A DNA stretch of 64,000 nt from Nemertoderma westbladi (Eukaryota > Animalia > Xenacoelomorpha): assembly GCA_032718475.1 (NCBI GenBank), contig JAUCBJ010009110.1, forward strand, positions 1 to 64,000, written 5' to 3'. Positions 13,301-28,300 of this stretch are shown here, piece by piece (position 1 is the stretch's first letter; each line of letters opens with the position of its first letter). Under the pieces are notes generated by a model that saw nothing but the letters and a program-made list of their open reading frames with translations, searched no databases and was not told the DNA's origin. The translations under genes and the position numbers were made by a program.

Positions 13301-16300
13301 TGTTGTGTATGCTGCGCCACTTTTGTTCTGGAATATTTTATCCTCTATTAATAGAATCACCAATTAATGATCTATCCTCTTTTACTGTAGACCAGTCTGC
13401 TCGTGGTTGTTGTGTATGCTGCACCACTTGTGTTCTGGAATATTTTATCCTCCTTTAATCGAACCACCAATTAATGATCTATCCTCTTTTACAGTAGACC
13501 AGTCTGCTCGTGGTTGTTGTGTATGCTGCTCCACTTGTGTTCTGGAATATTTTATCCTCTTTTAATCGAACCACCAATTAATTATATATCCTCTGTTACT
13601 GTAGACCAGTCGGCTCGTGGTTGTTGTGTATGCTGCTCCACTTGTGTTCTGGAATATTTTATCCTCTTTTAATCGAACCACCAATTAATTATATATCCTC
13701 TGTTACTGTAGACCAGTCTGCTCGTGGTTGTTGTGTATGCTGCTCCACTTGTGTTCTGGAATATTTTATCCTCTTTTAATCGAACCACCAATTAATGATC
13801 TATCCTCTTTTACTGTAGACCAGTCTGCTCGTGGTTGTTGTGTATGCTGCGCCACTTTTGTTCTGGAATATTTTATCCTCTTTTAATCGAACCACCAATT
13901 AATGATCTATCCTCTTTTACTGTAGACCAGTCTGCTCGTGGTTGTTGTGTATGCTGCTCCACTTGTGTTCTGGAATATTTTATCCTCTTTTAATCGAACC
14001 ACCAATTAATGATCTATCCTCATTTACTGTATACCAGTCGGCTTGTGGTTGTTGTGTATGCTGCGCCTCTTGTGTTCTGGAATATTTTATCCTCTTTTAA
14101 TCGAACCACCAATTAATGATCTATCCTCTTTTACTGTAGACCAGTCTGCTCGTGGTTGTTGTGTATGCCGCTCCACTTGTGTTCTGGAATATTTTATCCT
14201 CTTTTAATCGAACCACCAATTAATGATCTATCCTCTTTTACTGTAGACCAGTCTGCTCGTGGTTGTTGTGTATGCTGCGTCACTTTTGTTCTGGAATATT
14301 TTATCCTCTTTTAATCGAACCACCAATTAATGATCTATCCTCTTTTACTGTAGACCAGTCTGCTCGTGGTTGTTGTGTATGCTGCGCCACTTTTGTTCTG
14401 GAATATTTTATCCTCTTTTAATCGAACCACCAATTAATGATCTATCCTCTTTTACTGTAGACCAGTCTGCTCGTGGTTGTTGTGTATGCTGCGCCACTTG
14501 TGTTCTGGAATATTTTATCCTCTTTTAATCGAACCACCAATTAATGATCTATCCTCTTTTACTGTAGACCAGCCTGCTCGTGGTTGTTGTGTATGCTGCG
14601 CCACTTGTGTTCTGGAATATTTTATCCTCTTTTAATCGAACCACCAATTAATGATCTATCCTCTTTTACTGTAGACCAGTCTGCTCGTGGTTGTTGTGTA
14701 TGCTGCGCCACTTGTGTTCTGGAATATTTTATCCTCTTTTAATCGAACCACCAATTAATGATCTATCCTCTTTTACTGTAGACCAGCCTTCTCGTGGTTG
14801 TTGTGTATGCTGCGCCACTTGTGTTCTGGAATATTTTATCCTCTTTTAATCGAACCACCAATTAATGATCTATCCTCTTTTACTGTAGACCAGTCTGCTC
14901 GTGGTTGTTGTGTATGCTGCTCCACTTGTGTTCTGGAATATTTTATCCTCTTTTAATCGAACCACCAATTAATGATCTATCCTCTTTTACTGTAGACCAG
15001 TCTGCTCGTGGTTGTTGTGTATGCTGCGCCACTTTTGTTCTGGAATATTTTATCCTCTATTAATAGAATCACCAATTAATGATCTATCCTCTTTTACTGT
15101 AGACGAGTCTGCTCGTGGTTGTTGTGTATGCTGCACCACTTGTGTTCTGGAATATTTTATCCTCCTTTAATCGAACCACCAATTAATGATCTATCCTCTT
15201 TTACTGTAGACCAGTCTGCTCGTGGTTGTTGTGTATGCTGCTCCACTTGTGTTCTGGAATATTTTATCCTCTTTTAATCGAACCACCAATTAATGAGCTA
15301 TCCTCTTTTACTGTAGACCAGTCTGCTCGTGGTTGTTGTGTATGCTGCTCCACTTGTGTTCTGGAATATTTTATCCTCTTTTAATCGAACCACCAATTAA
15401 TGAGCTATCCTCTTTTACTGTAGACCAGTCTGCTCGTGGTTGTTGTGTATGCTGCTCCAATTGTGTTCTGGAATATTTTATCCTCTTTTAATCGAACCAC
15501 CAATTAATGATCTATCCTCTTTTACTGTAGACCAGTCTGCTCGTGGTTGTTGTGTATGCTGCGCCACTTTTGTTCTGGAATATTTTATCCTCTTTTAATC
15601 GAACCACCAATTAATGATCTATCCTCTTTTACTGTAGACCAGTCTGCTCGTGGTTGTTGTGTATGCTGCGCCACTTTTGTTCTGGAATATTTTATCCTCT
15701 TTTAATCGAACCACCAATTAATGATCTATCCTCTTTTACTGTAGACCAGTCTGCTCGTGGTTGTTGTGTATGCTGCGCCACTTGTGTTCTGGAATATTTT
15801 ATCCTCTTTTAATCGAACCACCAATTAATGATCTATCCTCTTTTACTGTAGACCAGCCTGCTCGTGGTTGTTGTGTATGCTGCGCCACTTGTGTTCTGGA
15901 ATATTTTATCCTCTTTTAATCGAACCACCAATTAATGATCTATCCTCTTTTACTGTAGACCAGTCTGCTCGTGGTTGTTGTGTATGCTGCGCCACTTGTG
16001 TTCTGGAATATTTTATCCTCTTTTAATCGAACCACCAATTAATGATCTATCCTCTTTTACTGTAGACCAGTCTGCTCGTGGTTGTTGTGTATGCTGCGCC
16101 ACTTGTGTTCTGGAATATTTTATCCTCATTAATCGAACCACCAATTAATGATCTATCCTCTTTTACTGTAGACCAGCCTGCTCGTGGTTGTTGTGTATGC
16201 TGCGCCACTTGTGTTCTGGAATATTTTATCCTCTTTTAATCGAACCACCAATTAATGATCTATCCTCTTTTACTGTAGACCAGTCTGCTCGTGGTTGTTG

Positions 16301-19300
16301 TGTATGCTGCTCCACTTGTGTTCTGGAATATTTTATCCTCTTTTAATCGAACCACCAATTAATGATCTATCCTCTTTTACTGTAGACCAGTCTGCTCGTG
16401 GTTGTTGTGTATGCTGCGCCACTTTTGTTCTGGAATATTTTATCCTCTATTAATAGAATCACCAATTAATGATCTATCCTCTTTTACTGTAGACCAGTCT
16501 GCTCGTGGTTGTTGTGTATGCTGCACCACTTGTGTTCTGGAATATTTTATCCTCCTTTAATCGAACCACCAATTAATGATCTATCCTCTTTTACAGTAGA
16601 CCAGTCTGCTCGTGGTTGTTGTGTATGCTGCTCCACTTGTGTTCTGGAATATTTTATCCTCTTTTAATCGAACCACCAATTAATTATATATCCTCTGTTA
16701 CTGTAGACCAGTCGGCTCGTGGTTGTTGTGTATGCTGCTCCACTTGTGTTCTGGAATATTTTATCCTCTTTTAATCGAACCACCAATTAATTATATATCC
16801 TCTGTTACTGTAGACCAGTCTGCTCGTGGTTGTTGTGTATGCTGCTCCACTTGTGTTCTGGAATATTTTATCCTCTTTTAATCGAACCACCAATTAATGA
16901 TCTATCCTCTTTTACTGTAGACCAGTCTGCTCGTGGTTGTTGTGTATGCTGCGCCACTTTTGTTCTGGAATATTTTATCCTCTTTTAATCGAACCACCAA
17001 TTAATGATCTATCCTCTTTTACTGTAGACCAGTCTGCTCGTGGTTGTTGTGTATGCTGCTCCACTTGTGTTCTGGAATATTTTATCCTCTTTTAATCGAA
17101 CCACCAATTAATGATCTATCCTCATTTACTGTATACCAGTCGGCTTGTGGTTGTTGTGTATGCTGCGCCTCTTGTGTTCTGGAATATTTTATCCTCTTTT
17201 AATCGAACCACCAATTAATGATCTATCCTCTTTTACTGTAGACCAGTCTGCTCGTGGTTGTTGTGTATGCCGCTCCACTTGTGTTCTGGAATATTTTATC
17301 CTCTTTTAATCGAACCACCAATTAATGATCTATCCTCTTTTACTGTAGACCAGTCTGCTCGTGGTTGTTGTGTATGCTGCGTCACTTTTGTTCTGGAATA
17401 TTTTATCCTCTTTTAATCGAACCACCAATTAATGATCTATCCTCTTTTACTGTAGACCAGTCTGCTCGTGGTTGTTGTGTATGCTGCGCCACTTTTGTTC
17501 TGGAATATTTTATCCTCTTTTAATCGAACCACCAATTAATGATCTATCCTCTTTTACTGTAGACCAGTCTGCTCGTGGTTGTTGTGTATGCTGCGCCACT
17601 TGTGTTCTGGAATATTTTATCCTCTTTTAATCGAACCACCAATTAATGATCTATCCTCTTTTACTGTAGACCAGCCTGCTCGTGGTTGTTGTGTATGCTG
17701 CGCCACTTGTGTTCTGGAATATTTTATCCTCTTTTAATCGAACCACCAATTAATGATCTATCCTCTTTTACTGTAGACCAGTCTGCTCGTGGTTGTTGTG
17801 TATGCTGCGCCACTTGTGTTCTGGAATATTTTATCCTCTTTTAATCGAACCACCAATTAATGATCTATCCTCTTTTACTGTAGACCAGCCTTCTCGTGGT
17901 TGTTGTGTATGCTGCGCCACTTGTGTTCTGGAATATTTTATCCTCTTTTAATCGAACCACCAATTAATGATCTATCCTCTTTTACTGTAGACCAGTCTGC
18001 TCGTGGTTGTTGTGTATGCTGCTCCACTTGTGTTCTGGAATATTTTATCCTCTTTTAATCGAACCACCAATTAATGATCTATCCTCTTTTACTGTAGACC
18101 AGTCTGCTCGTGGTTGTTGTGTATGCTGCGCCACTTTTGTTCTGGAATATTTTATCCTCTATTAATAGAATCACCAATTAATGATCTATCCTCTTTTACT
18201 GTAGACGAGTCTGCTCGTGGTTGTTGTGTATGCTGCACCACTTGTGTTCTGGAATATTTTATCCTCCTTTAATCGAACCACCAATTAATGATCTATCCTC
18301 TTTTACTGTAGACCAGTCTGCTCGTGGTTGTTGTGTATGCTGCTCCACTTGTGTTCTGGAATATTTTATCCTCTTTTAATCGAACCACCAATTAATGAGC
18401 TATCCTCTTTTACTGTAGACCAGTCTGCTCGTGGTTGTTGTGTATGCTGCTCCACTTGTGTTCTGGAATATTTTATCCTCTTTTAATCGAACCACCAATT
18501 AATGAGCTATCCTCTTTTACTGTAGACCAGTCTGCTCGTGGTTGTTGTGTATGCTGCTCCAATTGTGTTCTGGAATATTTTATCCTCTTTTAATCGAACC
18601 ACCAATTAATGATCTATCCTCTTTTACTGTAGACCAGTCTGCTCGTGGTTGTTGTGTATGCTGCGCCACTTTTGTTCTGGAATATTTTATCCTCTTTTAA
18701 TCGAACCACCAATTAATGATCTATCCTCTTTTACTGTAGACCAGTCTGCTCGTGGTTGTTGTGTATGCTGCGCCACTTTTGTTCTGGAATATTTTATCCT
18801 CTTTTAATCGAACCACCAATTAATGATCTATCCTCTTTTACTGTAGACCAGTCTGCTCGTGGTTGTTGTGTATGCTGCGCCACTTGTGTTCTGGAATATT
18901 TTATCCTCTTTTAATCGAACCACCAATTAATGATCTATCCTCTTTTACTGTAGACCAGCCTGCTCGTGGTTGTTGTGTATGCTGCGCCACTTGTGTTCTG
19001 GAATATTTTATCCTCTTTTAATCGAACCACCAATTAATGATCTATCCTCTTTTACTGTAGACCAGTCTGCTCGTGGTTGTTGTGTATGCTGCGCCACTTG
19101 TGTTCTGGAATATTTTATCCTCTTTTAATCGAACCACCAATTAATGATCTATCCTCTTTTACTGTAGACCAGCCTGCTCGTGGTTGTTGTGTATGCTGCG
19201 CCACTTGTGTTCTGGAATATTTTATCCTCTTTTAATCGAACCACCAATTAATGATCTATCCTCTTTTACTGTAGACCAGTCTGCTCGTGGTTGTTGTGTA

Positions 19301-22300
19301 TGCTGCTCCACTTGTGTTCTGGAATATATTATCCTCTTTTAATCGAACCACCAATTAATGATCTATCCTCTTTTACTGTAGACCAGTCTGCTCGTGGTTG
19401 TTGTGTATGCTGCGCCACTTTTGTTCTGGAATATTTTATCCTCTATTAATAGAATCACCAATTAATGATCTATCCTCTTTTACTGTAGACCAGTCTGCTC
19501 GTGGTTGTTGTGTATGCTGCACCACTTGTGTTCTGGAATATTTTATCCTCCTTTAATCGAACCACCAATTAATGATCTATCCTCTTTTACTGTAGACCAG
19601 TCTGCTCGTGGTTGTTGTGTATGCTACTCCACTTGTGTTCTGGAATATTTTATCCTCTTTTAATCGAACCACCAATTAATGAGCTATCCTCTTTTACTGT
19701 AGACCAGTCTGCTCGTGGTTGTTGTGTATGCTGCTCCACTTGTGTTCTGGAATATTTTATCCTCTTTTAATCGAACCACCAATTAATGAGCTATCCTCTT
19801 TTACTGTAGACCAGTCTGCTCGTGGTTGTTGTGTATGCTGCGCCACTTGTGTTCTGGAATATTTTATCCTCTTTTAATCGAACCACCAATTAATGATCTA
19901 TCCTCTTTTACTGTAGACCAGTCTGCTCGTGGTTGTTGTGTATGCTGCTCCACTTGTGTTCTGGAATATTTTATCCTCTTTTAATCGAACCACCAATTAA
20001 TGATCTATCCTCTTTTACTGTAGACCAGTCTGCTCGTGGTTGTTGTGTATGCTGCACCACTTGTGTTCTGGAATATTTTATCCTCTATTAATAGAATCAC
20101 CAATTAATGATCTATCCTCTTTTACTGTAGACCAGTCTGCTCGTGGTTGTTGTGTATGCTGCACCACTTGTGTTCTGGAATATTTTATCCTCTTTTAATC
20201 GAACCACCAATTAATGATCTATCCTCTTTTACTGTAGACCAATCTGCTCGTGGTTGTTGTGTATGCTGCACCACTTGTGTTGTGGAATATTTTATCCTCC
20301 TTTAATCGAACCACCAATTAATGATCTATCCTCTTTTACTGTAGACCAGTCTGCTCGTGGTTGTTGTGTATGCTGCGCCACTTGTGTTCTGGAATATTTT
20401 ATCCTCCTTTAATCGAACCACCAATTAATGATCTATCCTCTTTTACTGTATACCAGTCTGCTCGTGGTTGTTGTGTATGCTGCACCACTTGTGTACTGGA
20501 ATATTTTATCCTCTTTTAATCGAACCACCAATTAATGATCTATCCTCTTTTACTGTAGACCAGTCTGCTTGTGGTTGTTGTGTATGCTGCGCCACTTGTG
20601 TTCTGGAAAATTTTATCCTCTTTTAATCGAACCACCAATTAATGATCTATCCTCTTTTACTGTAGACCAGTCTGCTCGTGGTTGTTGTGTATGCTGCACC
20701 ACTTGTGTTCTGGAATATTTTATCCTCTTTTAATCGAACCACCAATTAATGATCTATCCTCTTTTACTGTAGACCAGTCTGCTCGTGGTTGTTGTGTATG
20801 CTGCACCACTTGTGTTCTGGAATATTTTATCCTCTTTTAATCGAACCACCAATTAATGATCTATCCTCTTTTACTGTAGACCAGTCTGCTCGTGGTTGTT
20901 GTGTATGCTGCGCCACTTGTGTTCTGGAATATTTTATCCTCTTTTAATCGAACCACCAATTGATGATCTATCCTCTTTTACTGTATACCAGTCTGCTCGT
21001 GGTTGTTGTGTATGCTGCACCACTTGTGTACTGGAATATTTTATCCTCTTTTAATCGAACCACCAATTAATGATCTATCCTCTTTTACTGTAGACCAGTC
21101 TGCTCGTGGTTGTTGTGTATGCTGCGCCACTTGTGTTCTGGAATATTTTATCCTCTTCTAATCGAACCCCAATTAATGATCTATCCTCTTTTACTGTAGA
21201 CCAGTCTGCTCGTGGTTGTTGTGTATGCTGCTCCACTTGTGTTCTGGAATATTTTATCCTCTATTAACAGAATCACCAATTAATGATCTATCCTCTTTTA
21301 CTGTAGACCAGTCTGCTCGTGGTTGTTGTGTATGCTGCGCCACTTTTGTTCTGGAATATTTTATCCTCTATTAATAGAATCACCAATTAATGATCTATCC
21401 TCTTTTACTGTAGACCAGTCTGCTCGTGGTTGTTGTGTATGCTGCACCACTTGTGTTCTGGAATATTTTATCCTCCTTTAATCGAACCACCAATTAATGA
21501 TCTATCCTCTTTTACTGTAGACCAGTCTGCTCGTGGTTGTTGTGTATGCTACTCCACTTGTGTTCTGGAATATTTTATCCTCTTTTAATCGAACCACCAA
21601 TTAATGAGCTATCCTCTTTTACTGTAGACCAGTCTGCTCGTGGTTGTTGTGTATGCTGCTCCACTTGTGTTCTGGAATATTTTATCCTCTTTTAATCGAA
21701 CCACCAATTAATGAGCTATCCTCTTTTACTGTAGACCAGTCTGCTCGTGGTTGTTGTGTATGCTGCGCCACTTGTGTTCTGGAATATTTTATCCTCTTTT
21801 AATCGAACCACCAATTAATGATCTATCCTCTTTTACTGTAGACCAGTCTGCTCGTGGTTGTTGTGTATGCTGCTCCACTTGTGTTCTGGAATATTTTATC
21901 CTCTTTTAATCGAACCACCAATTAATGATCTATCCTCTTTTACTGTAGACCAGTCTGCTCGTGGTTGTTGTGTATGCTGCGCCACTTGTGTTCTGGAATA
22001 TTTTATCCTCTTCTAATCGAACCCCAATTAATGATCTATCCTCTTTTACTGTAGACCAGTCTGCTCGTGGTTGTTGTGTATGCTGCTCCACTTGTGTTCT
22101 GGAATATTTTATCCTCTATTAACAGAATCACCAATTAATGATCTATCCTCTTTTACTGTAGACCAGTCTGCTCGTGGTTGTTGTGTATGCTGCGCCACTT
22201 TTGTTCTGGAATATTTTATCCTCTATTAATAGAATCACCAATTAATGATCTATCCTCTTTTACTGTAGACCAGTCTGCTCGTGGTTGTTGTGTATGCTGC

Positions 22301-25300
22301 ACCACTTGTGTTCTGGAATATTTTATCCTCCTTTAATCGAACCACCAATTAATGATCTATCCTCTTTTACTGTAGACCAGTCTGCTCGTGGTTGTTGTGT
22401 ATGCTGCGCCACTTTTGTTCTGGAATATTTTATCCTCTATTAATAGAATCACCAATTAATGATCTATCCTCTTTTACTGTAGACCAGTCTGCTCGTGGTT
22501 GTTGTGTATGCTGCACCACTTGTGTTCTGGAATATTTTATCCTCCTTTAATCGAACCACCAATTAATGATCTATCCTCTTTTACAGTAGACCAGTCTGCT
22601 CGTGGTTGTTGTGTATGCTGCTCCACTTGTGTTCTGGAATATTTTATCCTCTTTTAATCGAACCACCAATTAATTATATATCCTCTGTTACTGTAGACCA
22701 GTCGGCTCGTGGTTGTTGTGTATGCTGCTCCACTTGTGTTCTGGAATATTTTATCCTCTTTTAATCGAACCACCAATTAATTATATATCCTCTGTTACTG
22801 TAGACCAGTCTGCTCGTGGTTGTTGTGTATGCTGCTCCACTTGTGTTCTGGAATATTTTATCCTCTTTTAATCGAACCACCAATTAATGATCTATCCTCT
22901 TTTACTGTAGACCAGTCTGCTCGTGGTTGTTGTGTATGCTGCGCCACTTTTGTTCTGGAATATTTTATCCTCTTTTAATCGAACCACCAATTAATGATCT
23001 ATCCTCTTTTACTGTAGACCAGTCTGCTCGTGGTTGTTGTGTATGCTGCTCCACTTGTGTTCTGGAATATTTTATCCTCTTTTAATCGAACCACCAATTA
23101 ATGATCTATCCTCATTTACTGTATACCAGTCGGCTTGTGGTTGTTGTGTATGCTGCGCCTCTTGTGTTCTGGAATATTTTATCCTCTTTTAATCGAACCA
23201 CCAATTAATGATCTATCCTCTTTTACTGTAGACCAGTCTGCTCGTGGTTGTTGTGTATGCCGCTCCACTTGTGTTCTGGAATATTTTATCCTCTTTTAAT
23301 CGAACCACCAATTAATGATCTATCCTCTTTTACTGTAGACCAGTCTGCTCGTGGTTGTTGTGTATGCTGCGTCACTTTTGTTCTGGAATATTTTATCCTC
23401 TTTTAATCGAACCACCAATTAATGATCTATCCTCTTTTACTGTAGACCAGTCTGCTCGTGGTTGTTGTGTATGCTGCGCCACTTTTGTTCTGGAATATTT
23501 TATCCTCTTTTAATCGAACCACCAATTAATGATCTATCCTCTTTTACTGTAGACCAGTCTGCTCGTGGTTGTTGTGTATGCTGCGCCACTTGTGTTCTGG
23601 AATATTTTATCCTCTTTTAATCGAACCACCAATTAATGATCTATCCTCTTTTACTGTAGACCAGCCTGCTCGTGGTTGTTGTGTATGCTGCGCCACTTGT
23701 GTTCTGGAATATTTTATCCTCTTTTAATCGAACCACCAATTAATGATCTATCCTCTTTTACTGTAGACCAGTCTGCTCGTGGTTGTTGTGTATGCTGCGC
23801 CACTTGTGTTCTGGAATATTTTATCCTCTTTTAATCGAACCACCAATTAATGATCTATCCTCTTTTACTGTAGACCAGCCTTCTCGTGGTTGTTGTGTAT
23901 GCTGCGCCACTTGTGTTCTGGAATATTTTATCCTCTTTTAATCGAACCACCAATTAATGATCTATCCTCTTTTACTGTAGACCAGTCTGCTCGTGGTTGT
24001 TGTGTATGCTGCTCCACTTGTGTTCTGGAATATTTTATCCTCTTTTAATCGAACCACCAATTAATGATCTATCCTCTTTTACTGTAGACCAGTCTGCTCG
24101 TGGTTGTTGTGTATGCTGCGCCACTTTTGTTCTGGAATATTTTATCCTCTATTAATAGAATCACCAATTAATGATCTATCCTCTTTTACTGTAGACGAGT
24201 CTGCTCGTGGTTGTTGTGTATGCTGCACCACTTGTGTTCTGGAATATTTTATCCTCCTTTAATCGAACCACCAATTAATGATCTATCCTCTTTTACTGTA
24301 GACCAGTCTGCTCGTGGTTGTTGTGTATGCTGCTCCACTTGTGTTCTGGAATATTTTATCCTCTTTTAATCGAACCACCAATTAATGAGCTATCCTCTTT
24401 TACTGTAGACCAGTCTGCTCGTGGTTGTTGTGTATGCTGCTCCACTTGTGTTCTGGAATATTTTATCCTCTTTTAATCGAACCACCAATTAATGAGCTAT
24501 CCTCTTTTACTGTAGACCAGTCTGCTCGTGGTTGTTGTGTATGCTGCTCCAATTGTGTTCTGGAATATTTTATCCTCTTTTAATCGAACCACCAATTAAT
24601 GATCTATCCTCTTTTACTGTAGACCAGTCTGCTCGTGGTTGTTGTGTATGCTGCGCCACTTTTGTTCTGGAATATTTTATCCTCTTTTAATCGAACCACC
24701 AATTAATGATCTATCCTCTTTTACTGTAGACCAGTCTGCTCGTGGTTGTTGTGTATGCTGCGCCACTTTTGTTCTGGAATATTTTATCCTCTTTTAATCG
24801 AACCACCAATTAATGATCTATCCTCTTTTACTGTAGACCAGTCTGCTCGTGGTTGTTGTGTATGCTGCGCCACTTGTGTTCTGGAATATTTTATCCTCTT
24901 TTAATCGAACCACCAATTAATGATCTATCCTCTTTTACTGTAGACCAGCCTGCTCGTGGTTGTTGTGTATGCTGCGCCACTTGTGTTCTGGAATATTTTA
25001 TCCTCTTTTAATCGAACCACCAATTAATGATCTATCCTCTTTTACTGTAGACCAGTCTGCTCGTGGTTGTTGTGTATGCTGCGCCACTTGTGTTCTGGAA
25101 TATTTTATCCTCTTTTAATCGAACCACCAATTAATGATCTATCCTCTTTTACTGTAGACCAGCCTGCTCGTGGTTGTTGTGTATGCTGCGCCACTTGTGT
25201 TCTGGAATATTTTATCCTCTTTTAATCGAACCACCAATTAATGATCTATCCTCTTTTACTGTAGACCAGTCTGCTCGTGGTTGTTGTGTATGCTGCTCCA

Positions 25301-28300
25301 CTTGTGTTCTGGAATATATTATCCTCTTTTAATCGAACCACCAATTAATGATCTATCCTCTTTTACTGTAGACCAGTCTGCTCGTGGTTGTTGTGTATGC
25401 TGCGCCACTTTTGTTCTGGAATATTTTATCCTCTATTAATAGAATCACCAATTAATGATCTATCCTCTTTTACTGTAGACCAGTCTGCTCGTGGTTGTTG
25501 TGTATGCTGCACCACTTGTGTTCTGGAATATTTTATCCTCCTTTAATCGAACCACCAATTAATGATCTATCCTCTTTTACTGTAGACCAGTCTGCTCGTG
25601 GTTGTTGTGTATGCTACTCCACTTGTGTTCTGGAATATTTTATCCTCTTTTAATCGAACCACCAATTAATGAGCTATCCTCTTTTACTGTAGACCAGTCT
25701 GCTCGTGGTTGTTGTGTATGCTGCTCCACTTGTGTTCTGGAATATTTTATCCTCTTTTAATCGAACCACCAATTAATGAGCTATCCTCTTTTACTGTAGA
25801 CCAGTCTGCTCGTGGTTGTTGTGTATGCTGCGCCACTTGTGTTCTGGAATATTTTATCCTCTTTTAATCGAACCACCAATTAATGATCTATCCTCTTTTA
25901 CTGTAGACCAGTCTGCTCGTGGTTGTTGTGTATGCTGCTCCACTTGTGTTCTGGAATATTTTATCCTCTTTTAATCGAACCACCAATTAATGATCTATCC
26001 TCTTTTACTGTAGACCAGTCTGCTCGTGGTTGTTGTGTATGCTGCACCACTTGTGTTCTGGAATATTTTATCCTCTATTAATAGAATCACCAATTAATGA
26101 TCTATCCTCTTTTACTGTAGACCAGTCTGCTCGTGGTTGTTGTGTATGCTGCACCACTTGTGTTCTGGAATATTTTATCCTCTTTTAATCGAACCACCAA
26201 TTAATGATCTATCCTCTTTTACTGTAGACCAATCTGCTCGTGGTTGTTGTGTATGCTGCACCACTTGTGTTCTGGAATATTTTATCCTCTTTTAATCGAA
26301 CCACCAATTAATGATCTATCCTCTTTTACTGTAGACCAGTCTGCTCGTGGTTGTTGTGTATGCTGCGCCACTTGTGTTCTGGAATATTTTATCCTCTTTT
26401 AATCGAACCACCAATTAATGATCTATCCTCTTTTACTGTAGACCAGTCTGCTCGTGGTTGTTGTGTATGCTGCTCCACTTGTGTTCTGGAATATTTTATC
26501 CTCTTTTAATCGAACCACCAATTAATGATCTATCCTCTTTTACTGTAGACCAGTCTGCTCGTGGTTGTTGTGTATGCTGCGCCACTTGTGTTCTGGAATA
26601 TTTTATCCTCTTTTAATCGAACCACCAATTAATGATCTATCCTCTTTTACTGTAGACCAGTCTGCTCGTGGTTGTTGTGTATGCTGCACCACTTGTGTTC
26701 TGGAATATTTTATCCTCTTTTAATCGAACCACCAATTAATGATCTATCCTCTTTTACTGTAGACCAGTCTGCTCGTGGTTGTTGTGTATGCTGCACCACT
26801 TGTGTTCTGGAATATTTTATCCTCTTTTAATCGAACCACCAATTAATGATCTATCCTCTTTTACTGTAGACCAGTCTGCTCGTGGTTGTTGTGTATGCTG
26901 CGCCACTTGTGTTCTGGAATATTTTATCCTCTTTTAATCGAACCACCAATTAATGATCTATCCTCTTTTACTGTAGACCAGTCTGCTCGTGGTTGTTGTG
27001 TATGCTGCTCCACTTGTGTTCTGGAATATTTTATCCTCTTTTAATCGAACCACCAATTAATGATCTATCCTCTTTTACTGTAGACCAGTCTGCTCGTGGT
27101 TGTTGTGTATGCTGCGCCACTTGTGTTCTGGAATATTTTATCCTCTTTTAATCGAACCACCAATTAATGATCTATCCTCTTTTACTGTAGACCAGTCTGC
27201 TCGTGGTTGTTGTGTATGCTGCTCCACTTGTGTTCTGGAATATTTTATCCTCTTTTAATCGAACCACCAATTAATGATCTATCCTCTTTTACTGTAGACC
27301 AGTCTGCTCGTGGTTGTTGTGTATGCTGCACCACTTGTGTTCTGGAATATTTTATCCTCTATTAATAGAATCACCAATTAATGATCTATCCTCTTTTACT
27401 GTAGACCAGTCTGCTCGTGGTTGTTGTGTATGCTGCACCACTTGTGTTCTGGAATATTTTATCCTCTTTTAATCGAACCACCAATTAATGATCTATCCTC
27501 TTTTACTGTAGACCAGTCTGCTCGTGGTTGTTGTGTATGCTGCACCACTTGTGTTGTGGAATATTTTATCCTCCTTTAATCGAACCACCAATTAATGATC
27601 TATCCTCTTTTACTGTAGACCAGTCTGCTCGTGGTTGTTGTGTATGCTGCGCCACTTGTGTTCTGGAATATTTTATCCTCCTTTAATCGAACCACCAATT
27701 AATGATCTATCCTCTTTTACTGTATACCAGTCTGCTCGTGGTTGTTGTGTATGCTGCTCCACTTGTGTTCTGGAATATTTTATCCTCTTTTAATCGAACC
27801 ACCAATTAATGATCTATCCTCTTTTACTGTAGACCAGTCTGCTCGTGGTTGTTGTGTATGCTGCGCCACTTGTGTTCTGGAATATTTTATCCTCTTTTAA
27901 TCGAACCACCAATTAATGATCTATCCTCTTTTACTGTAGACCAGTCTGCTCGTGGTTGTTGTGTATGCTGCGCCACTTGTGTTCTGGAATATTTTATCCT
28001 CTTTTAATCGAACCACCAATTAATGATCTATCCTCTTTTACTGTAGACCAGTCTGCTCGTGGTTGTTGTGTATGCTGCGCCACTTGTGTTCTGGAATATT
28101 TTATCCTCTTTTAATCGAACCACCAATTAATGATCTATCCTCTTTTACTGTAGACCAGTCTGCTCGTGGTTGTTGTGTATGCTGCGCCACTTGTGTTCTG
28201 GAATATTTTATCCTCTTTTAATCGAACCACCAATTAATGATCTATCCTCTTTTACTGTAGACCAGTCTGCTCGTGGTTGTTGTGTATGCTGCGCCACTTG